A stretch of 64,000 nucleotides of DNA from Octopus sinensis (lineage: Eukaryota), in assembly GCF_006345805.1 (NCBI RefSeq), contig NC_043014.1, forward strand, positions 4,898,001 through 4,962,000, read 5' to 3'. The position numbers were made by a program, and so were the translations under genes. The notes below the pieces were generated by a model, which had not been told where the DNA came from, made no database searches, and saw only the letters and a program-made list of their open reading frames with translations. Every line of letters starts with the position of its first letter. The first letter of the stretch is position 1. Of this stretch, positions 11,885-25,577 are shown one piece after another.

Positions 11885-13400
11885 TAAAAAATGGAGTTAA
11901 CGCAGGTGTAATCAAATATTTTTACTTTCGACACATGTTTCGAAAATTCCACTGATACTATTCAAAAGAATAAATGGTATAAACAATGCAATCTTCTCCT
12001 CAGGAAAGTGAAAAAAACGAAACTCGTCAATAAGACATTTTAGCAAAAATGATGGATTTGTATAGCGATAGACAGAACGCTATTAATATTGTTTAAAAAA
12101 ACGTTATATGATATAACGTCATAAGTAGCTAACAGAAACAGTAGGGATATTAATAGTGAATGTTAAATATAAAAGAAATTAAAGTTTAAATTATATTTAA
12201 TGATAGAGACTACTTATATGCCCTAAATGTATGTTTTTGCCAATGCTTACATCTGTATGCTCGCTCTATAACCGTGTTTACCAGAGTATTTTTAGAAAAA
12301 ATAATGAAAAATAGCTCAGAATTGCAGAGAAGACAGAATTTCTTGCCTTTGTCATATGGTATCGAAATTGAGAGAATCAACCATTCTAAATGAAATTGTT
12401 CATTCTGGTCTTTTAAATCCCAAATCAGTTTGCTGAGACCGGTACTATTCCGTTTTTTTCTATCCCTAAATGTTGAGTAATGGATAGAAATTCTCTTAGA
12501 TAACTCTAACGATGTGCTTCCAATGTAAAATCGTATTTTATTACGAGTACTGATTATACACTGGTATATAGAATTTTTAACCTTAGAGTTACTTGACATA
12601 AACTTAATTCTATTGGAATTGACTTCAGATACAATAACCTTGTTATTAATATTTCTAGAGGGTTGGATGGTATTAGCTAAATTAATGTTACTATTAGTAA
12701 ATGTATTAATATTTAACAGTTTGTTATTATGAGAAGAGATAATTTGCAAGAGATTTTTTTGTGTTTGAAAAACCTATCCTAACCTTATGTGAATTGATTA
12801 TAGAGTAATATCTAGAATTGTTTGGAAAATTCCTAGCAATAGCTTGACGAAACAGCAATGGGAGATTAGATTTAATTTGTCACCCGTAAGGAATTATTAA
12901 CCAAATATTTTTACTAGTATTCATTGCGTAATTACTTTTGAAGGTGTTATATTTACTTTTAGATCGATAATAGGGGATTAAATAAGGGCTATCTGCCTTC
13001 ATTCGCTTTGTATCAGTGCGTAAGTTATGTTTGTTATCAATAATTCTTTTACGACTAGAAATCTTATCTACATTATTGAATTTACAATTAGACTGAGCAG
13101 AATCTATGTAGAAAATTTTCTCTGTATAACCTGCTTTGATTAAGGCAGAGTTATAGAATTCAGCGTTGTTATTGAATCTATCAACATTAGCAGATAATTT
13201 AGATAATCTAAATGAAATATTCTTAACTAAGTTCTTAGTTATTGCTCCAGAATGATTACTAAATTTGCTAATGTACTTAAGATTGGTCAACGGTTTACGA
13301 TATGGGAGGAAAGAGTCACTGTGTAAATTAAGCCTTCGTCATATCGTCATCAAAAACGATTTTTGAGCCCATTCTACTGAAAAAATTAACTAAACTATTA
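11885..13400 (-). mobile_element. 5'-truncated Penelope-like retroelement: RT C-terminus/thumb, linker, GIY-YIG endonuclease and 3' repeat with hammerhead
   Basis: LNLHSDSFLPYRKP..SNH..KNIWLIIPYG, then IYQC..YIGST..RISIH..STGLSKLIWDLK..CLLC..E..RCKH; one TGA (12880-12882) and one +1 shift in an A-run. Confidence 0.92.
11924..12009 (-). ncRNA. Canonical type I hammerhead ribozyme in the Penelope 3' repeat
   Basis: ACTTTC-CTGAGGA-GAAGATT..AATTTTC-GAAA-C-ATGT-G-TC-GAAAGT: 6-bp stem I, G-C-closed stem II, minimal stem III with palindromic ACATGT, GUC site at 11930. Confidence 0.87.
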
Positions 13401-13460
13401 ACTTTTTGTACCTTTTGGTTGGAAACATTTTGGAGGTAAAGTAAACAATCATCACGATAG

Positions 13461-13570
13461 AGACCTCCATAAATGTTATGTAGGTATATGTATATAGAGA
13501 CCTCCAATGTTATGTAGGTATATATATATTTAGACCTCCAAAAAAGTTATGTAGGTATATGTATATATAT
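13461..13570. repeat. Three imperfect copies of a roughly 37-bp unit (gagacctcc..gttatgtaggtatat)
   Basis: Direct reading; also near 30757-30870. Confidence 0.8.
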
Positions 13571-14733
13571 GTTGTGTGTATATACGGGTAAGTATTTGAG
13601 GTTATGACGTGGATTATTATGTAAGTTTGCATGGGGAAGTGTTTTGCGAGGATGTTAATACAAGGAGAAAAAGAAAGGAATATTGTAACGCATGTACTCG
13701 TGTTTACCCGAAACGGAAAATGTGTTCACGAGTGAACGGGGATATTTTTGGTGATGGAGTCGGCGACCGATAAAATATACGTGTAGGGTTTATAAAGAGC
13801 AGATTCAGAGCATTTTTAAGGAACGTAAGGTTGATTGGGGACGCAGTTTGTAGCAGCAGTTTTGAATTGGAAGTTTCGGAATTACCTTACAAAGATATAC
13901 TGGATAATTAATGAGGTGATGTGGTGCATGAAAAGAGCAAGGGTTTAGCGATAGGATGATTTCGGTGAGGCGGAGAAGAATAGAAGTGCATTCTGTACTC
14001 TGTTGTGTTCTCTCACTAATATTTAGTCTCTCTCTATTTTACTTAATGAATAAAGTCCTTAGCTTTTTCTATCAGTTACAGTATGTAGCTTGTCCAGTCC
14101 TCATTCTACATTGTGCATTCTTTTCATTAATCGTTTACAGTCACTGTCATCAAATCAAATAGACTCTATTCAATTTAGTCCACACCTACGATCATTGGGC
14201 ACTCTAGTTAATGATAGTCAAGTGGCCACTTTTCCCCTCTGGTCACTCACGTACAATACCACCATCCGTAGCCAGTACACTTGACCACCAGTTAGCAGCC
14301 TCGGTATTTGATATCTACAATCCAAAGCTGGTCAGCCTGAAATTCTTGATCGCCATGGTGGTTTTCAGTCCAGCCCTTGTCTGTAATTTAACGTAGAGAT
14401 ATCAATATTCTGTTGTTAGACAACATCCTTTTCACTTGGTCCGTAGTAGACAACATATAATATTCTGATTTGACCAAATACCTACAAAAAAGTTAGCAGT
14501 CTTGTGCAGTCTCTATAGGGTCTATAGGTATCGTTTCAAACGTAATATATCATAAGAGGATTTGAGAATGTTTATGTCAGACAACTCGACAAAGGGTGAG
14601 TGTGTGTGCGTGTGCGTGAGAGAGAGGGTGAGAGAGAAAGAGAGGCAACAAAAAGAGAGAATGAGAGGTATAAAAAGAGAACAAGAGAAAAACAAAAAGA
14701 GAATGAGAGGTCAGAAATATAAAGTATACTAAC

Positions 14734-14808
14734 CGTCATATACAAGGTTTGAATAAGGAGGACAAGTTGTTCTGCCCCACCGGGTATACAATGATCCGAG
14801 ACCGGGTT
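14734..14808 (-). CDS. G1 exon 3 (K-PGLGSLYTRWGRTTCPPYSNLVYD-G), phase 1 to 1
   Basis: tttcgcag| acceptor, |GTTAGT donor, 75 nt; supplies the YxRWGxxxCP..VYxG motif that precedes this domain family. Confidence 0.93.
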
Positions 14809-15389
14809 CTGCGAAATTAAAATGAAATAATGTAGTTTAAAAGAAAGAATTGGGGGACCATTTACAAAGTAGGATGTTGGATGGGAAGGAATTGATGGAG
14901 AAGAGAGAAATATAGAATTGAAGAAAGAACGAGTGAATGAATGAAAGTCAGAACGAAAGATGTAAATAATAAGAATAAATTGTAAAGAAAGAAAAAAGAC
15001 GTTTGTCTGTTGAGCCTGTTGGTGACGTTGATGTCAAAGATTTGAGAGATTAATCTCAGAATATCAGAATGTGTATCGGTCTCCGCTATGAACGGATGTA
15101 TGTATGATACGTAAACTTGGGGTATGAGTATATATACTTCTCAATAGAATAATGATAAAACGCAATATAATAATGATAAAATATTCGCCAGGTGCCAATA
15201 TTCATCGGTCAATTAGAAATATCAGTTTGGAGCTCGGCGCAAATAAGGCCACCATAACTACAATATGAAAATAACAACCATACCGCATTATTTGTCGAGT
15301 TAGTTAAGAGACATCACATCCGCATCTCGAGTAGAGGAGTCCGTTCGATTAATGTATAGCACACCCCATCCAACACCGGTGCAACCAGC

Positions 15390-17290
15390 AAGAAGCCTGC
15401 AAATTGATCTGGGGTGCGTGGGGTGGGACACAAAATTGACGGTCTCAGGAAACCAAAGCAGATCAAGAAGGGAACAACCTTTAATAATTAAGAATTAAAC
15501 TGTCTGAATTGTTAGCTATAATCTGCCTGTAAGATATAATCGGTGTCTCCTCTACAAAATTTCGTCTCTCCGTTAGCGTACACTTGGATATAGGCTTGAA
15601 ACTCCACTACGCAACTGTGGTGCCAACAATATCTGCACAGGTGGGATTAGGATACTCTCAATCCCCAGCTTTCGGATTGTTTTATGGAGTGAAACCGACA
15701 AGGTGTGAGGGTTCACCTCTTGAAACTAAGGCTGAATATGAAGGGCCAGTGTGGCTGCTGTAAGTATATGCAGCACACAGCGGGGTCAAATACAAATCCT
15801 TCCTAAGCAAATTCCCCTCAGCTTTAGATATATTTGGGGTAGAGTCATTTGTCCTGCAAGGAGACTTCAGTGCACACCTTGGCGCTGATAACCGTGAGAA
15901 GGATTGATTGGAAGGAATGTCGTCAGTGAACTTAATGGAGAGGTCATAGCAGCCTTCTGTGCAGGATACACACTCTCCTCTCTCTGGTATAGATATTATT
16001 TTAAGACAGATATATTTATAAGGGTACCTGGTATAGAAATACTTGGTGACAGAGGTTTTTGATAGAGTTCGGTCATCTTTCACTCTTTGATGAACGTTTG
16101 TGTAAAAGGAAGGGGTGGAGTTGTCAACTCGTCACTACCTAAATGTCTGAAAACCTGAAAATTCCTACAGTGTGCAGAACACTGGAAATTGGTAAGTCCA
16201 GTGCAACCTACAGAATACAGTTGGAAGCCAGAGTGGATGCTGGGATCAGAAATAAAAATGTGGAGCTTTTGCATCCAAATTGGGAGTGACTATCCTGAAT
16301 GAATTTGGACATCGAAATGGATTCGTGATTGTATTATTTTATTCGGCAGGTTCTTCTTCGGTTGAACGCTTATTTGAGCTAAACTCACTTAAAAGTGATA
16401 AACCTGCTGGTGAAATGTACGTCCGGCTTGATATTTTAGAAACCTTAAGTACAGATGGTATTCTCTGAGTGACCCATGTATGCTAGGTGGATGGGAACCC
16501 TGGGAAAAACACCAAGCAATTGTAATATGGGATGACAATCACAATTTTTTCAAACAAAGACCAAAGAGTGTGTTCTAATTATAGAAAAGTCTACACTAGA
16601 TGTCTGGAAAAGATATGTAGGGAAGTTGTCGCTCCCAAGATTACCGTCCTGGACGGAGTACACTCGGCCAGAGAGTCGTTCAGAGATAGATCTTCGAGAA
16701 AACTTTGAAATACGTCCCAGGGTTATACGCTGTAAACCACGAAAATGCACACGATCAAGTGCTCTGGAGCGTGTTGCGGATGGTTTACCAGGAAGGTGAG
16801 TTTAATGGGTAAATACTGGTTGCCATAAAGTACTTATATGGATGTTCAAATGATTGTATTTATGTAAAAATCGAAAGTTTTCAACTTGAAGGTTTCACTT
16901 AGTTGAAGTGTGCATTGTTAGTGCCCCATCTCACGATCTTTTTTGTGAACTGGTTGAATATGCGCAGCCATTGTGGTAGAGGTATCCCAATTCATCTCTA
17001 CGTGATCGGTCGACTGTTATTTGTAGACGACATGCTGCTACCTGATTCGTCTGATGGTCACCAACAACATGCACTGAATGGGTTGGCTGCCGAGTACCCC
17101 AAGGCAGGATTGACAAATACCGACTTTGTAGGAAAGTGGAACATCAATAGTTCGGGTCTCTATTCACGAATGATTGGAAGCACAAGAGTGGACAGAATGC
17201 AGAATTGTAGATATAAACGCAGTGAAGCGCCAGCTCGGGCATTTGATTCTCAGATGAAGATGTCTTGGTTCAATTATCGACGTAGCACTG
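15390..17290 (+). mobile_element. Decayed RTE-like LINE (endonuclease plus RT), antisense in G1 intron 2
   Basis: ESFVLQGDFSAHLG (endonuclease), YTRCLEKICREVVAPKI, RLLFVDDMLL (RT); many stops and frameshifts. Confidence 0.85.
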
Positions 17291-17522
17291 CATATATACT
17301 CATATACACACAATAAATGGCATAGTATATTAGAGTAACATTTTATTTAGGAAATTATTGTAATGTATTATCTATTTTAAAATAAATTCAGGCAAGTGTC
17401 TTAGTATATATTATTGTGGACATATGGATAGTAATGTGGAACTAATTCAAATTTGGTGAAATTATAAATCATTAGTTAATGAGTCACGGGTAAAAGACTT
17501 TATCTATAAAATTAGTTCTTAC

Positions 17523-17574
17523 TTGGTGTGTCATCAGGTTTATCGTCGAGAGATTTCTTGGATATGAAACTGTT
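17523..17574 (-). CDS. G1 exon 2 (NSFISKKSLDDKPDDTP), phase 0 to 1
   Basis: tatttttacag| acceptor, |GTAAGA donor, 52 nt; bridges the phases of exon 1 and exon 3 exactly. Confidence 0.9.
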
Positions 17575-18284
17575 CTGTAAAAATATAGAAATAGCATCAT
17601 ATAAATAGAACTTCAGGGTATTTATTATCGTTTCGAACTCAAAGCAATGCAATAGATGACAACATATTCGGACACGTATCATTGCCAACACAACCATCTC
17701 AACCCCTTAGGACTCTTCTAGAAGGCGCTTCCATCCAGTCAAAGGATTTTCTGAACAATATCATACAATACAACTCTGCATTTCAAATGACATCTTTTGG
17801 TGAATCTAAGAAAATAGATAAACATGAATTCACGCCGATGTAAAAGTTGAAGGGCAAGTCTATCCCCTCATTGTTTCTTTGGTACACGCGAATGAAAAAC
17901 CACAGTTCTTCCAAATTTGCTCATGAGTGATGTAGGACAACAAACCCGACGTGAAGTCTCAGAATTTCCGATGATGGGTCGTGTTAGACACAGCGCACAC
18001 TGCGGCAAAGGAGAGTATATCCACTTACAGCTTTTCGGTGCGTTCAAAAATCACACAAACCCCACCTCCAATTTTGCATGACAGGTTAAGGCCTGAAATA
18101 CTCCAAACGGACGCATAGCATGTTGCTTAGTCGAATTAGCCCAGCATTTACTCTACAAATATTTTGTTGTCAATGTTGCACTTTCCTATATCACCTGTTT
18201 CAAAATGACTGGAATATATTATATACCAACTTTGCCATTTTAATCCACAGCAATGCCGGGTATGTCTGCAATTACAAACACACA

Positions 18285-18338
<54 letters not shown>

Positions 18339-18365
18339 TACAGTCATATACACACATATTTCTAC

Positions 18366-18412
<47 letters not shown>

Positions 18413-19614
18413 TGTATGTATATAGTTAAATTTAATCCAAACAAGAAAGCACAAAAAAACACAACAATGCGAGGACGTGGAACAAATATAGTATTATTGG
18501 ACGCTCAGGAAAAAGGAAAGAAGGAGGGTTTAACGTTTCGACCGAAGCTCTTCGTCGGAAACATACGAGAAGGAAAGATCCAGAGGAGGGAAGACAGAGG
18601 AAAAAAATCGGTACATACGCGTCACATTTTGAATGACCGGAAAGAAATGGGTGAATAAAAGTTCTTTCAAAGACAGGAGAGTGGTAGAGGAGGAGGAATG
18701 TGTGTGTAAGTGTGGATAAGAGCGTGAGCGGAGGTCTGCGTTTGCGTGTGTGTGTCTGTGTGTATGTGTGCAATGATTACACGTGTGTCTGTGTGTGGTT
18801 GCGTGTTGTAGGGTTAGTAGTGTTAAGGTCAAGGAAGAAGGAATTTGGCGTGGCTCCTTTTGTCTCTACCACAGGTCAAGTAGTAGGTACTGCTAGTTTG
18901 ATGTATGTGTGTGTGTGCGTGTATGTATATGTATCGTGTGTGTGTTTTGTTTGTAGTGTGTGTGTGTATGTATGTGTGTCTTCGTGTGTGTATGCGTAGA
19001 GTTTGGGTGTGTGGCGAATAACTCTCCTTTACTTAGTGCATGTGTGCGTGTGTGCTTGTATGTATAATTGTGTGCCGTGTGTATGGGATGTATGTGTGGG
19101 TTCATTTGTGTGTGTGTGTGTGTGTGTGTATATGTATGTGCGAGCGTGTGTCTTATGTGCGTGTACGTGTGCGTTTGTATGTGTTTATGTAAGCGTGTAT
19201 AGGTGTATTTACGAGTATCCGCAGTGTTGTGAGTTTTGGGTGTGTGCATTCGTGTGCGTGTGTGCGTGCATATGTGTGCGCATGATTTTGCGTGCGTGTG
19301 TGTGTGTGTGCTGTGTCTATATGTGTATACGTATGTGTATGTGTGTGTGGGCGTGTAGGCAAATATTGTGTGTATGTATATGTATTTGTGTGGATGTGAA
19401 TTTGTGCATGCGTGTGTGTGTGTGGGGGTTTTTGGAGTTCTGTGCGCTTAAGTGCGTGTATGTGCGTGTGTGTCTGTGCCCATGTGTGTATAATTGTGTG
19501 CGTATGTGTATTGTGTGTTGGAGGTACATGTGGGCATCTGTGCTGGTGTGTGCGTATGTACGTGGGTATGTGTGTGTGCGTGTTTTGTGTGCATATGATA
19601 CATATATATATATC

Positions 19615-19920
19615 TCCGTGATCACCATGACCGACCAGGCTATCAGTTGTAGCCACACATCGCTGGTCACAATGCGCTTCGCATTCTTTTAGGCTTCAAA
19701 TAACGCCACCCCGCGGGTTAAGCGAGCAGGCCAACAGAAGAAAGGGAAAAAAGTTGTAGCGAAAGAGTACAGAGGAGCTCACCACAACCCCGCCGGAGCG
19801 TCGTGGAGCTTTCGGTGTTTTCGCTCAATAAACACTCACAACGCCCGGTCTGGGAACCGAAACCGCGATCCTACGACCGTGACTCCGTTGCCCTAACCAC
19901 TGGACCACTGCGTCTCCACA
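19615..19920 (-). mobile_element. tRNA-derived SINE, family 1
   Basis: Head GTGGAGACGCAGTGGTCCAGTGGTTAGGG..GGTTTCGGTTCCC; copies at 42540-42808 and 58245-58527. Confidence 0.8.
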
Positions 19921-20790
19921 CGCAAGCACACACACCACACATAAACATATAAAAATATAAACACATATCAATATATACGTATGCACGTACGCTGAAGCAT
20001 ACACACCATAAATATCACAAATATACGTATCTACTTATACGCATACACACACACAAACGCACACATATATGTGAGTGGACATACACTGTATAGTGTGATT
20101 GTTCGTGTACAATTGAGCACGTGTGTCTGTGTGCGTGCGTATGTGTGTGTGTTTGTGTTTATTTGTGCGTGTGTTTGTCCGTGTGTCTGTGTGTATGTAT
20201 TTACATTCGTTCTTACATATTGTCATATATAAAAACCAACGTGAATTACAGTCAAACATTACGAAATTCACCGATCTACATTGGCACTCGCACGTTTTAT
20301 TTTCAGTTGGAAAGAAAAGATTAAAAAAAACTCGCCTCACTTCCGTTCCTGATGGAGAGAAATAGATAAATGTGTGTAAATATGTACGTATTCCTATGTG
20401 TGTGTGTGTGTGTGTTTGTATGTGTCTGTTTCTGTGCGTGTGTGTAAGTGTACATCTAGATATAATACTTAACACTAATATTAATAGGGCTAAACGTTGC
20501 AGCGACAGGGCATGGCCATGCTGGAACCCCACCATTAGATTTTTTTCATTACGCACTTATTTCCCTCTCCAGGATTATGTCTGGTGAAAGAGCGATCGGA
20601 CAGGAGTACAATTCCACTCTTCTTTGTGTTTCCTTGGGGTGTGTGTATATGTATATATTAATACATACATATATATCCATATCCATATATATATATATAG
20701 ATAGATAGATAGATAGATAGATAGAGAGAGAGATAGATATGTATGTATATACATACGTAACTATATATGTGTGTATGTATATATGATATG

Positions 20791-20832
<42 letters not shown>

Positions 20833-20887
20833 GAGGTACAATGGCCTAGTGGTCGTAGGATCGCGCTTTCGATTCTCAGACCGAGCG

Positions 20888-20954
<67 letters not shown>

Positions 20955-21264
20955 AATAAGGGTTTTTCGCAATAAGTTGCGTAAACTACATACCGAATAT
21001 GTTAGAAATAGCAGTCAAAGGCCTACCAATTCTATTACAACAATGGTAGAAACGGTAGCCCTTTGACTGCTATTTCTAACATTTTCGGTATGTGGTTGAA
21101 GCAACATGTTGCAAAGAGCCCTTATTATAATTATATATACTTTTACCGTATATGGTCCTTTTCCATACCGAAGTACTACTAGGTGAAATTTATTGATTTT
21201 CTTAAATTAATTATATTTCCCCCTTTATCTGTATATATGTATATATATATATATATTACAGTGT

Positions 21265-21412
21265 CTGTGTGGTAAGACACTTGCTTCTTAACATCAAGGT
21301 ATTCTGTTCAGTCCCACTGCGTAGAAAATTGGACGAATGCCTACCAATATATACTCGAGCTGACCAGCGCCACGTCAGTAGATTTGGTAGATTGAGACTG
21401 AAAGAAGGGTGC

Positions 21413-21479
<67 letters not shown>

Positions 21480-21720
21480 ACACACACACACACATGCGTA
21501 TGTATGTATATATGTATTATGTATGTGTCTGTGATTGTCGCACCACTATCGCTTCTCAAGTGATGTCGGTGTGTTTACGTCCCCGTTACATAGCGGTTCG
21601 GCTACAGATACCGATAGAATGAGCACTAGGCTTACAAAGAATAATTGCCGAAGTCGATTTGTCCTACTAAAGGCAGAGCTCTAGCATGGCCGCAGTCAAA
21701 TGACTGAAACGGGTGAAAGA
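21265..21720 (+). mobile_element. tRNA-derived SINE, family 2
   Basis: Paralog of 4340-4740. Confidence 0.8.
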
Positions 21721-21831
21721 ATATATTTATAGACACACACACACATATATATATATGTATATAGAGAAAGATACGCAGATAGTAACATACACACACGAAT
21801 ATACATGTTTGTATTTATATATATATATATG

Positions 21832-21875
<44 letters not shown>

Positions 21876-21990
21876 TACTTAATAAAAAGAGTTCAGCAAA
21901 GATTTGCTTTACCACATACCGAAGTTTAGAAATAGCAGCCAAAAATCTTAGCTATTTCTTCTACTTTAAAAAATGATTTCTAGAGAAACC

Positions 21991-22022
<32 letters not shown>

Positions 22023-22466
22023 TATATACACAACCGCATTTATGTGTTTGTATATATATATATATTTATATATATATATGTGTGTGTGTGTGTGCGTGTG
22101 TGTGTGTGTGTGTACACGCACTAATATATTCATATATATGTATGTTTATATATATACATATATATGTATATTATATATACAAATATATGTATATGTATAT
22201 ATATGTATATACACATATGTATGTTTAGGTGTGTGCGCCTGTGTGTTTTTCTGTGATTACGGGTGTGATGGATCGTATGTGTGTGTGTGTGTGTGCTCTA
22301 TAGGAACATATGTACATGGTTTATGCATACATCCGTCCATCCATATATCCATCGGTACCTACATACATCCATATTTTCATACATACATACGTTAATGCAT
22401 ACATACATACATGCATATATAAATACATAAAGACATAAATATATTAACACAAAATCCATGACTTAC

Positions 22467-22610
22467 CGTTTTCGATTTCTCTTCCATTTTTCCTATTCTT
22501 GAATCTTGATGAAGAATCACGATCGTCAGAACGAGAAGAACCCCAAAAGCTATGAGAGAAGAAATGGAATAACGCTGCGAAATATTCCTGGACAGTTGTG
22601 CGAAATCCAT
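22467..22610 (-). CDS. G1 exon 1 (N-tail plus transmembrane anchor); completes a 255-aa ORF with exons 2-4
   Basis: 144 nt, ATG in good context, |GTAAGT donor. Confidence 0.9.
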
Positions 22611-23409
22611 TCTGGTGACAGTTGTCGGTCGTACGTGATACTTCGTGTGGCTTCAACAAAAGATCGAGATGCGAGGTTTAAGCTGAAGACCTGTAACTGA
22701 ATTCCACGTATTTATTGAGCGCACAACAACCCAGCTCTGGCATAGATCTTATCGTAAATTTATGAACCAATGCGATTGGTGGAACTGTAAAAGCGGGTGT
22801 GAACTTGTCTGCCAGGTTTGATTATTGGAAAGAGATGGTTTGATATTGTCACACAATAATTAGCAAAATATTTTGATGAATGAGAGACACGTGTAAAGTG
22901 AAATGATTCCTGTTTCTGGATATATTATGATATATTTATTTACTAATGTTGTTAATTAATTTTATTTGTTATTCTTGGGAAACTGTTTTAATATTCATTG
23001 TGGGAAGTATTTCGTTCAACAGACGAATACACAGACGCACGCGCATACACACACACACTGACACACACACACTGACACAAACACGAACACTCACACACCC
23101 ACACACACTAACACACACACACTGACATACACACACACCAACACACAAACCCACAGACACCAACACACACTAACTCACACACACAGATACATTGTCTTAC
23201 ACACACACACACACACACACACTCACGCACACACATACACATTGACACACAGACACTGACACAGACACACACACTGACACACACACACACACACGCTGAC
23301 ACACACACGCACACACACTGACACACACACATACACTGACACACACACACACACATTGACACACACACACACTCCCACACATACACTGACACACACACAC
23401 ACATACACT

Positions 23410-23450
<41 letters not shown>

Positions 23451-24679
23451 ACTGTTTTAATATTCAGTGTGGGAAGTATTTCGTTCAACCCACACAGTAA
23501 TCGCAAGACTTAATCTAATGAAGTCCGCTGTTCGGATTGGATTCTTCACAACAAGCGTTAATCTGATTAGAAAAGTTTTATGGGAATATCAAATTCAAAA
23601 CCTACCAATTCCCACCCACCCATACATACATATATACATACATACATACATATACACACACACATACATACATACATGCATACATACATACAAACATGCA
23701 TACATACAAACACACACACATACATACATACACACATACATACATACATGCATACATACACACTCGCGTATATACATACATATATACATACATACATACC
23801 CCCATACATATATACTTACATACACACACATATATACATATATATACATACATACACACATACATACACACATACATACATACAAACATACATACATACA
23901 TACACACACATACATACATACATGCATACATACTTTCATACATTCATACATATATGTATGCATATATTTATACATATATGTATGTATACATGTATACATG
24001 CATGTATGTTTGAATGTAAGCGTGTATATATCAATAGACACATATACACATACATATATATATACATACATCCATACATACATGCATATATACTTACCTC
24101 CATCCATCCATCCATACATACATACATACTTGGTGGCTGCTCCCTCGTTATCGAGTATGGCCATTGCTCGGTGCTTAATCAATGTTGTTAACTTGCAATG
24201 CCTGTGCATGAAGATTTTTTTTAAAGCGAGGAAAGGCTGTGCACTGAGTCAATCCCAGTCATTAAGCAACAGCAGCTGTAATCCGAAAAGAAGAACAAGT
24301 CAACATCATCGGTAACCACTGAGCCGCAGTTTTATATTGGAGTTATCCCAGTTACCTGAATTACCTTCTCCTAGAAGGATGCCCTAACAAAGTCTAGGAG
24401 TCCTTCACTCCCAATGGTTTAACCGCGCGATCGGGTATTCAGTCCGATTATTTCTATGTCCCCGCGCATGATACAGCCTTAAGACATACATTGGATGGCC
24501 GTTGACTCTCAAGAGTTCCTCCGCCCTTTGACAGGTTTTGTTTTTCATCCCACAGGGTGTCCAATAGACTCCCTCCTCACCAAGCAAGCTTGGTGGGGTT
24601 GCCGGTTTAGTCGCCGACGACCCGACAATGCAACAGTTTGTACTGGGTTACATGTTACAAGTAGCACTCGAAAGTGACC

Positions 24680-25175
24680 TGACATACATACATACATACA
24701 TACATACATACATACATACATACATACATACATACATACATGCATACATACATACATATATACATACATACATACAAACATATATACATGCATACATACA
24801 TACATACACACGTACATACATACATACATACATACATACATGCATACATACATGCATACATACATGCATACATGCATACATACATACATGCATACATACA
24901 TACAAGCATACATGCATACATACATACATACATACATGCATGCATACATACATACATACATACATACATGCATACATGCATACATACATAAATTCATGCA
25001 TATATACATACATACATGCATACATACATACATGCATACATACATACATATATGCATACCTACTTACATACATGCATACATACATACATACATACATACA
25101 TACATACATTCATGCATACATACATACATACATACATGCATACATACATACAGACATACATACATACATGCATAC
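24680..25175. repeat. (TACA)n/(TGCA) microsatellite
   Basis: Direct reading; paralogs near 7815-8030, 46700-47372, 63160-63686. Confidence 0.95.
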
Positions 25176-25545
25176 AAAAATATCCTGTTCATGTTGTTGA
25201 AATTCCAATGAAAGATACTTGGAACTAGGTTAGAAGCCGTCTCTCTTTCTGTTGGCCAGAAATATTCTATTAAAACCGAATAATGACATTCATACATATT
25301 TTTAGCTAGTCATTATCACTAGCTTTGAATACTTTTCTTCTTGTTTTATAAATCATAGCAAAACATACAGGTACAGTGTCTCCCATTTGAAACTCAATTC
25401 GCAAGTGCACCTTCCGTATGGACTGCATATGTACGACGGAATTCCATAGTTATGATTAAATTTTCTCAGAGGAAGCATATTAGACCCCTCAGATATAGTT
25501 TGACCTAATTTAATATATTTGTATATATATGTGTATGTATGTGTG

Positions 25546-25577
<32 letters not shown>

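Noticed and set aside
14250-14383. AG...GT-bounded segment in intron 3 as an extra exon
   Set aside because: Stops occur in all three frames in unit 1, and indels differ between units.
19840-19920. tRNA genes at SINE heads
   Set aside because: A/B-box-like motifs are present, but there is no complete cloverleaf and each continues into a SINE body.
20250-20345. GTEVRRVFFNLFFPTENKTCECQCRS as a constitutive coding exon
   Set aside because: Its acceptor is phase 1 while exon 1 ends in phase 0; in the phase-0 frame a TGA follows after three codons.
21918-21980. Splice-site-bounded segment in intron 1 as exon 2
   Set aside because: It has an in-frame TAA, resembles the fold-back repeat and is absent from units 3 and 4.
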